From positions 1-56,478 of the forward strand of contig CAZEBA010000022.1 in the NCBI GenBank assembly GCA_964510615.1: a stretch of 56,478 bases of DNA. Reading direction: 5' to 3'. The stretch's first letter is position 1, and every line of letters starts with the position of its first letter. Below are positions 20,750-30,374 of the stretch, piece by piece. The notes beneath the pieces are model-generated. The model made no database searches, was not told the DNA's origin, and worked only from the letters and a program-made list of their open reading frames with translations. Position numbers and translations under genes: made by a program. The DNA is from an uncultured Gemmatimonadota bacterium (lineage in GTDB: Bacteria > Gemmatimonadota > Gemmatimonadetes > Palauibacterales > Palauibacteraceae).

Positions 20750-21484
20750 ATGAAGATCCCGCGCACTACACTGCCGTTCGCTGTACTAGCGTTGACGCCC
20801 TTCTTCCTCAGCTGCGAGTCCAACTCCGCATCCATCGGCGGCGTGGAAAACCAGGACCCGCTGTTTGAACCGAGACCCTGCGAGCCCGATGATCCGCGCG
20901 GCAGGTGCGATGGTGACGGCGGCAGCGGTGGGAGTAGTGGAGCGGATTCCGACCTTACCCTGTCGGGCGGCTATGTCGCCGCTACGGCGGCGGCCGACAT
21001 TGGAGCCGACAACAAGAAGTTCCTCAAGGTAACGTCGGGAGGCCTGACGGGATCGAGCGGCCTCACGGTAGCGATCGACTTCGACGACACGAACATCTCC
21101 ACGTGCACGGGCGATCTCAGTCTTTTCTCTGCACTCGACGTCTCCACCTCCTTGGCAGCGAACTTCGGCATGCAGATCATCAAGGCCTCCGTTCTCAACG
21201 GAGTACGTGATCCAGCCAACTGGATCCGGATGAGACGCTCGGAAGACGACATAGAGCATCCCTTCGTCGTTCTCAACTTCTCGACCGGCACCGAGCACCC
21301 GGACGCGCTGGTCACGTTGCTTTCGGGTGACATCAACGACGCCTCGCAGCCGCGAGTCTTGAGGTTCAGCGAGGGCGCGGTTCGGGTCACCAGGCGCATT
21401 GACGTGAACACGAGCACAACGATGATCTGCGATCAGGCACCCGGCGACGAAGTCGTCGTCACGATCGAGCCGCCCTCGTCGTAA
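20750..21484 (+). CDS. Lipoprotein of unknown function.
   Basis: The N-terminus MKIPRTTLPFAVLALTPFFLSC carries a lipobox (FLSC). The protein is Gly/Ser/Asp-rich. Confidence 0.5.
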   Translation: MKIPRTTLPFAVLALTPFFLSCESNSASIGGVENQDPLFEPRPCEPDDPRGRCDGDGGSGGSSGADSDLTLSGGYVAATAAADIGADNKKFLKVTSGGLTGSSGLTVAIDFDDTNISTCTGDLSLFSALDVSTSLAANFGMQIIKASVLNGVRDPANWIRMRRSEDDIEHPFVVLNFSTGTEHPDALVTLLSGDINDASQPRVLRFSEGAVRVTRRIDVNTSTTMICDQAPGDEVVVTIEPPSS

Positions 21485-21592
21485 TCACTTGGGCGAACCC
21501 GCAGTGCCAGTGCCGCGGTTACGGGACAGATACGGTTGACCGGAGGGGCGCACGCTCGCCGGTCACGACAATCCGACCACCGCGACTGATAA

Positions 21593-21619
21593 GCCTCTAT
21601 CCAGTAATCGGATAGAGGC
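21593..21619. terminator. Hairpin (10-bp stem, 7-nt loop) downstream of the lipoprotein gene; either a terminator or an operator.
   Basis: GCCTCTATCC-agtaatc-GGATAGAGGC is followed by the pyrimidine/T-rich run tatcccttta. The stem is unusually AT-rich for this locus. Confidence 0.35.
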
Positions 21620-21759
21620 TATCCCTTTAGGTCGGTTTCTAGGCTCCCCGGGAATCCCAGTAGTGACGGGGCTTGTCCCCACGACGAATAGCTCTCGCGT
21701 CTTTCGACGGCCCTGGGGAGCGCCCTGAGGAATGATAGCGGCGACGACATCGGGCGGGC

Positions 21760-23421
21760 TTGTCACGCTGGCGGTCGCCAGCCATTCTGGGCAGGCTGAT
21801 GGCCGCCAATCCAGTCCTTGCCGACAGCTCGCGGGTCCGCTACGCGGTCGGTGCGATGATGTACTTCGCACAGGGGATCCCGCGGGGCCTGTTGAGCATC
21901 GCGATTCCCGCCTGGCTGGCCACCCTGGGCGTGAGCGCCGGGGACATCGGCTCCTACCTGGCCGTGGTCGTCCTGCCCTGGGTGTTCAAGCTCGTGACCG
22001 GTCCCTTCATGGACCGCTACATGTTCCTCCCCATGGGCCGGCGAAAACCCTGGGCGCTGGGCGCGCAACTGGGGCTGACGCTGGCCCTGCTGACGCTCGT
22101 GTCGATCAGCGACCCGGTCGCTCAGCTTGGCCGGCTCATGATAATCGGCGTGCTCATCAACATCTTCGCCGCCACGCAGGACGTGGCCGTAGACGGCATG
22201 TCGATCGACCTGACGCCGATCAGGGAACAGGGACGGCTCAACGCGTTCATGAGCTTCGGCAAGGCGGCGGGTTGGGCGTTGACCGCCACGGTGTCCGGCT
22301 TCCTGCTGGAAATCTTCGGCATGCGGATCACCGCCATCGTCGCGTCGGCGGTCGCGGGCGTGGTGTTCCTGCTCTTCATCTTCGTGCTCGAGAAGGAGGG
22401 CGAACGCCGCTTGCCCTGGTCCCGGGGAGAGGCCCGGTCGAAGCGGGGCGCCGACGGCTCGTTCAGGGCTGTGTTCGGCGGCATCAACCAGGTGCTGTGG
22501 AAGCGGGCCAGCGTGTTTGTTCTCGTGATCATGTTCTTCAGCGGCATGGTCACGGGCTACGGCTACGCGCTGATGCCGGTGGCTGCGGTCAACGTGTTCA
22601 GTTATGCGACGTCGCAGTGGTCGAGCCTGGTCGCCGTGATGGGGTTGATCGGCGCCGTCGTGGCGCTGGGCATGGGGCCCGCGATTGACCGTTTCGGCTC
22701 CAGGCCCATGTTGATTCTGAACCTGTCCCTGGTCGGGGTCCACGCGGTCCTGCTGGCGCAGACCCAACTCCTCTGGCAAGACAATTTCTACGTGAAAGCC
22801 ATGCTCTCCTTCTGGATCATGATGATGCCAGTGATCATGGTCTGTGAGCTCGCCCTTGCCATGGCGATCTGTTCGAGCAGTGCCTCGGCCACGCAATTCG
22901 CCATGTACATGTCGGCGCACAACCTCGGGTATTCGTCCGGTGCGAAGCTGTTCGGGATGATCGCCGAGCAGACCGAGTACGTCGAGATCTACATGCTGCT
23001 CGGCGCGCTGGTGCTGGTGGCCGTGCTGGCGCTGCTGTTTCACCGGTACGGGCGCGAGGCGGAGCCGGACGGGAGGCGCGAGCAAAGGCCCCGTTTCACG
23101 ATGGGTGCGGGCGGGCCCGGGGCGGTGATGTTCTTCTCCGGCGCCGGCGAGTTGGAGCTCCTGCGCACGAGGGAAGCCGCGGCCGCCATCGACACGGGCC
23201 GGGCCAGCGACGGCAAGCGGTACAACGCCATCGACGAGTACCGCTGCCCACGTTGCGGTGGCGACATGACGCAGTGCGTCGACCCGACACAACGGCACAT
23301 CTGGTACGAGACCTGTGTCGAATGCGGCGGGTCGTTCTTCGATGCCGGCGAGTTCCGCGACCTGTCCAGCTTGACGATCTCGGACCTCTTCAAGCGGTGG
23401 ACGAGCCGGAAACGAGCTTGA
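21760..23421 (+). CDS. AmpG/PAT-type MFS permease fused to a C-terminal zinc ribbon of the zf-TFIIB type.
   Basis: The 12-TM MFS body has AmpG-like motifs (GIPRGLL…LPWVFKLVTGPFMDRY…GRRKPW). The C-terminal ~50 aa read YRCPRCGGDMTQCVDPTQRHIWYETCVECGGSFFDAGEF, matching the CPxCG…CxxCxGxWfDxGE pattern. Confidence 0.65.
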   Translation: MSRWRSPAILGRLMAANPVLADSSRVRYAVGAMMYFAQGIPRGLLSIAIPAWLATLGVSAGDIGSYLAVVVLPWVFKLVTGPFMDRYMFLPMGRRKPWALGAQLGLTLALLTLVSISDPVAQLGRLMIIGVLINIFAATQDVAVDGMSIDLTPIREQGRLNAFMSFGKAAGWALTATVSGFLLEIFGMRITAIVASAVAGVVFLLFIFVLEKEGERRLPWSRGEARSKRGADGSFRAVFGGINQVLWKRASVFVLVIMFFSGMVTGYGYALMPVAAVNVFSYATSQWSSLVAVMGLIGAVVALGMGPAIDRFGSRPMLILNLSLVGVHAVLLAQTQLLWQDNFYVKAMLSFWIMMMPVIMVCELALAMAICSSSASATQFAMYMSAHNLGYSSGAKLFGMIAEQTEYVEIYMLLGALVLVAVLALLFHRYGREAEPDGRREQRPRFTMGAGGPGAVMFFSGAGELELLRTREAAAAIDTGRASDGKRYNAIDEYRCPRCGGDMTQCVDPTQRHIWYETCVECGGSFFDAGEFRDLSSLTISDLFKRWTSRKRA

Positions 23422-23479
23422 TCGATACGCTGGTGGGTGGGGAGCCCGACTTGCGACGACAGGTCCTCGGAGGAGGCCA

Positions 23480-24493
23480 ATGAAGACCGCGATCCCGCAG
23501 ACTCGACCGCTCGGCACCACGGATCTGGCGATCACGCCGCTGGGCTTCGGCGCCTGGGCCATCGGCGGGGGCGACTGGGCCTTCGGCTGGGGTCCCCAGG
23601 ACGATCGGGACTCCCTGGCCGCCATGCGTCACGCCCTGGAGATGGGCGTCAACTGGATCGACACGGCCGCTGTCTACGGGCTCGGTCACTCGGAGGAGGT
23701 CGTGGGGCGGCTGCTCCGAGAACTGCCGGCTGGCGAGCGGCCCTACGTCTTCACCAAGTGCGGCCTCGTGTGGGACGATGAGGATCGCATGAAGGATGCG
23801 GAGCGGGTGCTTCGGCCCGAGTCCATCCGCCGGGAGGTGGAGGTCTCGCTCCGCCGGCTGGGTGTGGAGCGCATCGACCTCTACCAGTTCCACTGGCCCG
23901 ACGAGACCGGTACCCCGGTGGAGGACTCGTGGGGGGAGATGCAGCGGCTGGTGGAGGAGGGGAAGGTGAGGGTCGCCGGAGTGTCCAACTTCGGCGTGGA
24001 CCTCCTGGAGCGGTGCGAGGCCATCCGCCACGTGGACTCGCTCCAGCCGCCCTTCTCGCTGATCGCCCGGCAGGCAGCGGGCGCGGAGATCCCCTGGTGC
24101 GCGGGGCACGGCACCGGGGTGATCGTCTACAGCCCGCTTCAGTCGGGGCTGCTGACGGAGAAGTGGACGGCGGACCGGATGGACGAGCTGGATCCGGACG
24201 ATTGGCGTCGCCGCTCGGGGGAGTTCCAGCAGCCCCGGCTTGGCCGCAACCTCCAGCTTCGCGATGCCCTCGGGCCCATCGCCCGGCGTTACGACGCCAC
24301 CATCCCCGCCGTGGCCGTGGCCTGGACGCTGGCCTGGCCCGGCGTCACGGGCGCCATCGTGGGCGCCCGCTCGTCCGAGCAGGTGGACGGGTGGATCCGG
24401 GCCGCGTCCCTCGACCTGGACGCCGAGGACCTGAACGCCATTGCACGAGCTCTCGACGCCACGGGTGCGGGTGACGGTCCGAGGAGGCCGTAA
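23480..24493 (+). CDS. Aldo/keto reductase.
   Basis: A GGAGGAGG RBS precedes the start. The motifs LGFGAWAIGG, NWIDTAAVYG and IDLYQFHWPD are present. Confidence 0.8.
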   Translation: MKTAIPQTRPLGTTDLAITPLGFGAWAIGGGDWAFGWGPQDDRDSLAAMRHALEMGVNWIDTAAVYGLGHSEEVVGRLLRELPAGERPYVFTKCGLVWDDEDRMKDAERVLRPESIRREVEVSLRRLGVERIDLYQFHWPDETGTPVEDSWGEMQRLVEEGKVRVAGVSNFGVDLLERCEAIRHVDSLQPPFSLIARQAAGAEIPWCAGHGTGVIVYSPLQSGLLTEKWTADRMDELDPDDWRRRSGEFQQPRLGRNLQLRDALGPIARRYDATIPAVAVAWTLAWPGVTGAIVGARSSEQVDGWIRAASLDLDAEDLNAIARALDATGAGDGPRRP

Positions 24494-24535
24494 CGGAGAC
24501 GTCAAGCGGATGCCCACGCGCCCAAACCGCTAGCT

Positions 24536-24582
24536 CTGCCGGCCTCGGCAGAATACGTTCGGCCGAACCTTCCTTTCCTTTT
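24536..24582 (+). terminator. Rho-independent terminator candidate downstream of the aldo/keto reductase gene.
   Basis: The hairpin CTGCCG-gcct-CGGCAG (24536-24551) is followed by the palindrome GTTCGGCCGAAC and a T-rich tract cttcctttccttttg. Confidence 0.4.
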
Positions 24583-24597
24583 GCCGCGGGGTCGGCG

Positions 24598-25341
24598 ATG
24601 CGACACGATGATGAACAAGTTGGACGCATCTTGAATCGTAGGGAGGCGCTCGGCCTGCTGGGGGCCGCCAGCGCCTCGATGCTCGGAGGCCGCCCGGCCC
24701 TGGCGGCGCTTCCCGGATGGGCGCAGGCGCTTCCGTCCTGCATTGTGCGTCCGCGCCAGACGGCGGGACCCTACTTCGTCGACGGGCAGCTCGAGCGGTC
24801 GGACATACGATCGGATCCGACGGACGGTTCCGTGTGCGACGGTGCCACCCTTCGTCTCGCCTTCCACGTTTCGCGGATCGGCTCCAACGAGTGCGCTCCC
24901 TTGCCCGGGGCCCAGGTGCATCTGTGGCAGTGTGACGCGCTCGGCGTGTACTCGGGAGTCCAGGATATCGACGACCGGTTCGACACCGTGGGCCGCAAGT
25001 TCCTCCGCGGCTCCCAGCTCACCGATTCGCAGGGTGTCGCTCGATTCACGACGATCTACCCGGGTTGGTACGAGGGGAGGACGGTCCACATTCACTTCAC
25101 GATCCGCACGAATCCTTCATCGGAACAAGGCCACGAGTTCACATCACAGCTCTACTTCGACGATTCGCTCACCGATGCGGTGATGGATGGCGAGCCCTAC
25201 GCGAGCCGGGGCCGTGACCGGGCCGTGAGGAACCTCCAGGACGACATCTTCCGCGCCGGCGGAGACCAGCTTCTGCTCGAGGTGGAAAAGGATGACGCCG
25301 GCTACTTCGCCAGATTCGACATCGGCCTCCAGATAGCGTAG
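24598..25341 (+). CDS. Tat-secreted intradiol ring-cleavage dioxygenase-like protein.
   Basis: A twin-arginine signal (RREALGLLGAASASMLGG) is present. The motif PYFVDG…VHLWQCDALGVYSG…YPGWYEGRTVHIHF matches the dioxygenase_C pattern, including Y, Y and H-x-H iron ligands. Confidence 0.6.
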   Translation: MRHDDEQVGRILNRREALGLLGAASASMLGGRPALAALPGWAQALPSCIVRPRQTAGPYFVDGQLERSDIRSDPTDGSVCDGATLRLAFHVSRIGSNECAPLPGAQVHLWQCDALGVYSGVQDIDDRFDTVGRKFLRGSQLTDSQGVARFTTIYPGWYEGRTVHIHFTIRTNPSSEQGHEFTSQLYFDDSLTDAVMDGEPYASRGRDRAVRNLQDDIFRAGGDQLLLEVEKDDAGYFARFDIGLQIA

Positions 25342-25357
25342 ACGAGTCGGACGTCGC

Positions 25358-27148
25358 GTGCGGCTGACGTCTCTCGACCTCCTCATCATCGCCATCTACG
25401 GGGCCGCCGTCCTCGCCCTGGGTTTATGGTTCTCGCGGCAGGCGGGGAAGAGCATCGAGGACTACTTCCTGGCCGGCCGAGCCCTCCCGTGGTGGATCGC
25501 CGGCACGTCGCTCGCAGCCACCTGGTTCGCCGCCGATGCCCCCCTTGCGACGGCTGGAATCGTTCGCGAACGGGGGCTGTACGCCAACTGGCTCTGGTGG
25601 TACGAGGGCACGGGCGTGATCATGCTGGCCTTCTTCTACGCCAAGCTGTGGCGGCGGGCCGGAATCGTGACGGATGCCGAGCTCATCGAGCTCCGCTACT
25701 CGGGCAAGCCGGCGGCGGTCCTTCGCGGCTTCGCCGCGCTCTACAACGGCGTGCTCAGGAATGCGGTCGTGATGGGCTGGGTCATGCTCGCCATGGTCAA
25801 GTTCAGCCAGGTCCTGCTCGGCTGGGATCCTGCGTTCACGCTCACCATCTGTGTGATCACGGCGCTGATCTACACGGCCGCTGCCGGACTCTGGGGCGTG
25901 GTGGCCACCGACTTCCTCCAGTTCGTCGTCGGCATGCTGGGCTCGGTGGTCCTCGCCGGCATTGTCCTGTCCGTCACCGGAGGACCGGCGGCGATGGCGG
26001 AGGCGGTACGCACGCTTCCCGAGACGGACCCTGCCGTCCTCGATCTGGTTCCCGGATCCGCACACCTCGGACCGCTCGAATTCGGCTCATTCGCCTGTCT
26101 GATCCTGTTCCTGTGGGTGCGTAGCGCTCAGGGCGACGGGTACGTCGCGCAGCGTCTGTTCGCGTCGGGCGACGAGCGACAGTCGATGCTGTCGGCGCTC
26201 TGGTTCGCGTTTGCGGGAATCGTATTGATGACCTGGCCATGGATCATCGTCGGATTGGGGTCGCTCCTCGTGCTGCCGGCGGCGTCGGGGGGCGCGCTGG
26301 CCGCGGATCCCGAGCTCGCCTACCCGATGATGATCGGCGAGCTGATGCCGATCGGACTGCGCGGGCTTGTGGTCGCCGCGTTTCTCGCAGCCTTCATGAG
26401 CACGATGGACACGCACTTGTGCTGGGGGGCGTCGTATCTCGTGAACGACATCTACCGGAGGTTCATGCGCCGTGGGGCCGCGGAGATCCACTACGTCCGG
26501 GCCTCAAGGATCGCGGTAGTCGTGCTGGCGGTGGTGGCCGCGCTGGCCGCGTGGCAGATGACCTCGATCCAGCGGGCGTGGATCTACGTGATCGAGCTCA
26601 CGGCCGGGATCGCGTTCGTCTGGCTTCTCCGTTGGTACTGGTGGCGGGTCAACGCCTGGGCGGAAATCACGGCCATGGCCGGTTCCGCCGTTCTCGCCAA
26701 CGGCGGAGTGCTGGTCGGGCTGGCCCATCGCCTCGGTCTGGCCCCGGCCGCCGTCGCGGAATCGGCGGCGGTGTTCTATAGCCCCCCGTACGACTTCATC
26801 CGCGCGACGTTCATCGTCCTCCTCTGTACGATTCTCTGGGTGGCCGTCGCGTTGCTCACGCGACCCGATCATCCCAAGGTGCTGGAGGAGTTCTATCGAA
26901 AGGTCCGTCCCGGCGGCTGGTGGGGACCGGTTGCCCGGGCGGCGCCCGACGTCGTCTCGGACGGTTCGACGAGGGGCCGATGGTTGGGGTTCTTCCTCGG
27001 TACCGTGTTCCTGTACACTTCACTTCTCGGCGTCGGCTACAGCCTCACGGGACGACCCACGGCGGGAGCCTCGTTGGTGGCCCTGTCGGGCATCGCGGCC
27101 TTGCTCGCGCTTCGAGTTGGCCGGCGGGAAGCGGAGATCACGGTTTGA
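25358..27148 (+). CDS. Sodium:solute symporter (SSF) family transporter.
   Basis: About 13 transmembrane segments are predicted. The N-terminus LIIAIYGAAVLALGLWFSRQAGKSIEDYFLAGRALPWWIAGTSLAATWF matches the SSF signature region. Confidence 0.75.
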   Translation: MRLTSLDLLIIAIYGAAVLALGLWFSRQAGKSIEDYFLAGRALPWWIAGTSLAATWFAADAPLATAGIVRERGLYANWLWWYEGTGVIMLAFFYAKLWRRAGIVTDAELIELRYSGKPAAVLRGFAALYNGVLRNAVVMGWVMLAMVKFSQVLLGWDPAFTLTICVITALIYTAAAGLWGVVATDFLQFVVGMLGSVVLAGIVLSVTGGPAAMAEAVRTLPETDPAVLDLVPGSAHLGPLEFGSFACLILFLWVRSAQGDGYVAQRLFASGDERQSMLSALWFAFAGIVLMTWPWIIVGLGSLLVLPAASGGALAADPELAYPMMIGELMPIGLRGLVVAAFLAAFMSTMDTHLCWGASYLVNDIYRRFMRRGAAEIHYVRASRIAVVVLAVVAALAAWQMTSIQRAWIYVIELTAGIAFVWLLRWYWWRVNAWAEITAMAGSAVLANGGVLVGLAHRLGLAPAAVAESAAVFYSPPYDFIRATFIVLLCTILWVAVALLTRPDHPKVLEEFYRKVRPGGWWGPVARAAPDVVSDGSTRGRWLGFFLGTVFLYTSLLGVGYSLTGRPTAGASLVALSGIAALLALRVGRREAEITV

Positions 27149-27176
27149 TCATCAACCTCATGCGGATGAGACCTCG

Positions 27177-28553
27177 TTGAAGCTCAAGATAGCCATCGTC
27201 GGAGCGGGAAGTCGGGAGTTCGGGCCTGCGACGGTGGCCGATGTCCTGCTGAGCGATGCCATCTGTGAATGCGACCTCGATCTGTCGTTGATGGACCGCG
27301 ACGCGGCGGCCGTCGAGCGGACCCGAACCTACGCCCGCGCCTGCGCCGAGGCGCTCGATCGCGAAGTCGGGATCCACGCCACCACGGCCCTCGAGGACGC
27401 CCTCCGGGACGCGAGCTACGTGATCCTGTCCATCGAGCGGCGACGCTACTTCTATTGGGCACAGGATTTCCACATCCCGCGCAAGCTCGGCTTCCGCCAG
27501 ATCTACGGCGAGAACGGAGGGCCCGGCGGGCTCTTCCACGCGCTCCGCGGGATGGAACCGTGCGTCGAAATAGCACGCACGATGGACCGGGTCTGCCCGG
27601 ATGCGTGGCTCCTCAACTACACGAACCCGCTGACCAAGCTGTGCGAACAACTGACTCGAACCAGCGAGGTGACAACGGTCGGGCTCTGCCACGGCGTATT
27701 CAACGGGATGAAGCAGGTCGCCGCTATCCTCGAACGACCTGTGGACGGGATCGAGTTCGAAGCGAGCGGACTCAACCACTTCACCTGGTTCACCTCGATT
27801 CGCGACCGGACGAGCGGCGATGATCTGTATCCCGAGCTTCGGGATCGCGAGCGCCGCGCTCACTGGCTGTCCGAGTGGGACGACATCGCCCTCAGCCGGA
27901 TCTTGTTCCGGACGTTCGGTCTCTACCCCTCGCCCGGCACGAACCACATCGGCGAGTACATTGGGTGGGCCGAGGACTTCCTCGCCAGCAGCGCTCTCCA
28001 GTTTTTCTACGATCCGGCGGAGCTGGATCCATGGAAAGACGACCGGGTGCCGTCCTGGATCTACAATCTGGAAGAGCAGCCGACCGGCGTGCCGCTCTTC
28101 CACCCGGTGGCCGAGGGTCGACTGCGCCCCAGCGAACGCGAGACCTTGAATCCGAGGGCGCCGAAGCCCTCGAACGAGCTGGCGATCCCGCTCATCGAGG
28201 GCGTGAGCTGTGGTGTGCCGCACCGCCTCGCTGCGGTGAACATCCCCAATCGGGGTCACCTGCGGGGGCTGCCCGATCAGGCGGTCGTCGAGCTTCCGGC
28301 GCTCGCCGACGATGGGGGGCTCACCCCGCTGGAGGTGTCCGATCTGCCCGAGGGGGTGCTGGCTCTTCTACGTCCCCAGTTCTCGATCAATCGTCTGCTG
28401 TGCGAGGCGTTCGAGGAGGGCTCGCGGGACAAGTTGCTTCAGGCCCTGCTGCTCGACCCTACCACGCCCTCGTACCAGGCCGCGGTGCATCTGATCGACG
28501 AGATGTGCAAGCTACAGGAGGATGTCCTTCCGACGCTGGAGTGGCATCGGTAA
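27177..28553 (+). CDS. NAD(+)-dependent glycosidase of glycoside hydrolase family 4.
   Basis: A TTG start at 27177 gives MKLKIAIVGAGS (Rossmann fold). The motifs NYTNP and VGLCHG are characteristic of GH4. No in-frame ATG lies upstream after the SSF stop. Confidence 0.65.
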   Translation: MKLKIAIVGAGSREFGPATVADVLLSDAICECDLDLSLMDRDAAAVERTRTYARACAEALDREVGIHATTALEDALRDASYVILSIERRRYFYWAQDFHIPRKLGFRQIYGENGGPGGLFHALRGMEPCVEIARTMDRVCPDAWLLNYTNPLTKLCEQLTRTSEVTTVGLCHGVFNGMKQVAAILERPVDGIEFEASGLNHFTWFTSIRDRTSGDDLYPELRDRERRAHWLSEWDDIALSRILFRTFGLYPSPGTNHIGEYIGWAEDFLASSALQFFYDPAELDPWKDDRVPSWIYNLEEQPTGVPLFHPVAEGRLRPSERETLNPRAPKPSNELAIPLIEGVSCGVPHRLAAVNIPNRGHLRGLPDQAVVELPALADDGGLTPLEVSDLPEGVLALLRPQFSINRLLCEAFEEGSRDKLLQALLLDPTTPSYQAAVHLIDEMCKLQEDVLPTLEWHR

Positions 28554-28650
28554 CCGGGCTCGGTTTCCTTTCGCCTGGAATCTGCTTCAAGCTGACCTGA
28601 GGGCCGACTTGACCCATCGGCCGGGCCGGCCAGAGAGTGGGAGGATGAAG

Positions 28651-30018
28651 ATGGCACTTCCGGCTGCGCGGACAGTGTGGCTCTTCGGACGGGCCATGTG
28701 GCTCTGCGGCCTCGTCGTGTTCGCGGCGCGTCTGCCCGCTCAGCCGGTGCCGGCCGCCGACCTTCGTGCCGATGCCGATCGCCTCGAGGCCCACATCCTC
28801 GCGCTCTCCGAGTTTGGGCGGAACCCGGAGGGCGGCGTGAGCCGGGTGGCGTTCAGCGAGGCCGACATCCAGGGCCGCGCGTACGTGATGGGGCTCATGC
28901 GTGATGCCGGCCTGGAGGTGGTGATCGACGCCGCCGGCAACATCATCGGGCGTCGCGCCGGCAGCGACCCGTCGCTGGCCCCGATTCTGTTCGGCTCACA
29001 CATTGATTCGGTGCCGCTGGGCGGCAACTACGACGGCGACGTCGGCGTGATCGCGGCAATCGAGTGCGCGCAGGTCCTCGAGGATGCAGGGTTGAGCACG
29101 CGGCACCCGCTGGAGGTGGTCGTATTCTCGGACGAGGAGAGCGGCCTGACCGGCAGTCGCGCGATGATCGGCGAGCTGGGCGAGAAGGCGCTGGCCGAGA
29201 CGACCCACAGCGGTCTCACGCGGCGCGAAGGCATCCGGGCGATCGGCGGCGACCCGTCCCGGCTCGACGAGGCGAGGCGGGCGCCCGGCGAGATCGCGGC
29301 GTATCTGGAGCTCCACATCGAGCAGGGCGGGCGCCTGGACGAGGAGGGGATCGACATCGGCGTCGTCGAGGGCATCGTCGGGATCGAATGGTGGGACGTG
29401 ACGATCGAGGGAATGGCCAACCACGCGGGAACGACGCCGATGAATCGGCGCCGGGACGCGCTGCTCGCCGCCGCCATGTACATCCAGGCGGTGAACGAGA
29501 TCGTGACCTCCGAGCCAGGAAGCCAGGTGGGCACGGTGGGTCGGATCACCGCCCTACCGGGGGCCCACAACGTGATTCCGGGCCGGGTGGAGGCGACCCT
29601 CGAGATCCGGGACCTCTCTCGGGACAAGATCTGGGACCTCTTCCGGCACGTCGAAGCCCGAGCCGATGAGATCGCCGCGGAGACCGGAACCGCCTTCACG
29701 TTCGAGCTTCTCGACGTGAGCTCCGTTCCGGCCATGATGGACGAGCGCGTGCGGGCCGTGATCGGCGAGGCCGCCGAGGGACTCGGGCTTCGGTGGATCT
29801 CCATGCCGAGCGGCGCCGGCCACGATGCGCAGGACCTGGCGCGGATCGCGCCGGCGGGGATGATCTTTGTGCCGAGCGAGGGCGGGATCAGTCATTCGCC
29901 CCGCGAGTTCACCACCAAGGAGGACATGGCCCACGGAGCCGACGTGCTCCTTCAGTCCGTGCTGGCGATCGACGCGGGGCAGATGGGAGCTAGGCGCAGA
30001 AGTACGCTTGATCCTTGA
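28651..30018 (+). CDS. M20-family Zn amidohydrolase of the allantoate amidohydrolase / N-carbamoyl-amino-acid hydrolase type.
   Basis: The ATG is 7 nt downstream of GTGGGAGG. A signal-like N-terminus is present. M20 metal-binding motifs (GSHIDSVPLGGNYDGDVGV, VVFSDEESG, HAGTTPM) are present. An alternative ATG lies at 28645. Confidence 0.7.
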   Translation: MALPAARTVWLFGRAMWLCGLVVFAARLPAQPVPAADLRADADRLEAHILALSEFGRNPEGGVSRVAFSEADIQGRAYVMGLMRDAGLEVVIDAAGNIIGRRAGSDPSLAPILFGSHIDSVPLGGNYDGDVGVIAAIECAQVLEDAGLSTRHPLEVVVFSDEESGLTGSRAMIGELGEKALAETTHSGLTRREGIRAIGGDPSRLDEARRAPGEIAAYLELHIEQGGRLDEEGIDIGVVEGIVGIEWWDVTIEGMANHAGTTPMNRRRDALLAAAMYIQAVNEIVTSEPGSQVGTVGRITALPGAHNVIPGRVEATLEIRDLSRDKIWDLFRHVEARADEIAAETGTAFTFELLDVSSVPAMMDERVRAVIGEAAEGLGLRWISMPSGAGHDAQDLARIAPAGMIFVPSEGGISHSPREFTTKEDMAHGADVLLQSVLAIDAGQMGARRRSTLDP

Positions 30019-30187
30019 CCGCTTCGGACTGGCGCAGTCCTTCCAGGGAGCCCGGGCCACAGCCGGAGATGGTCGCATCCGGGCCCACTGGTGCGGTCGG
30101 AGACTGACATCCGGCCGCGGCCAGCGGGATGAGAACCGACACTGTCAGGACAAGAAGAAGTTGGGCCGCGTGGCGACGAGCCGACAC
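29990..30187 (-). CDS. Putative small Cys-containing lipoprotein (about 65 aa).
   Basis: A GTG start 5 nt after GGAGG gives SARRHAAQLLLVLTVSVLIPLAAAGC, which carries a lipobox. It overlaps the convergent M20 gene 3' end by ~29 nt. Confidence 0.25.
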   Translation of the reverse strand: MSARRHAAQLLLVLTVSVLIPLAAAGCQSPTAPVGPDATISGCGPGSLEGLRQSEAVKDQAYFCA

Positions 30188-30374
30188 AGCCACCTCCGGC
30201 CAGAGTAAACGCTTCCTCCGCGTCCTCCGCCCGAGAAGCGGGGCAGTCAGGCCCGCTTCGTCTCCCTATCTAACCAACCTCGAAGCCGAGGGGAAGGCGA
30301 CGATCGTCCATTATTCGCTGGAGTAAATTGGCGATGAAGCCGGCCGCCCCGACGAGAGCCGAAGGAGAGGTGCA

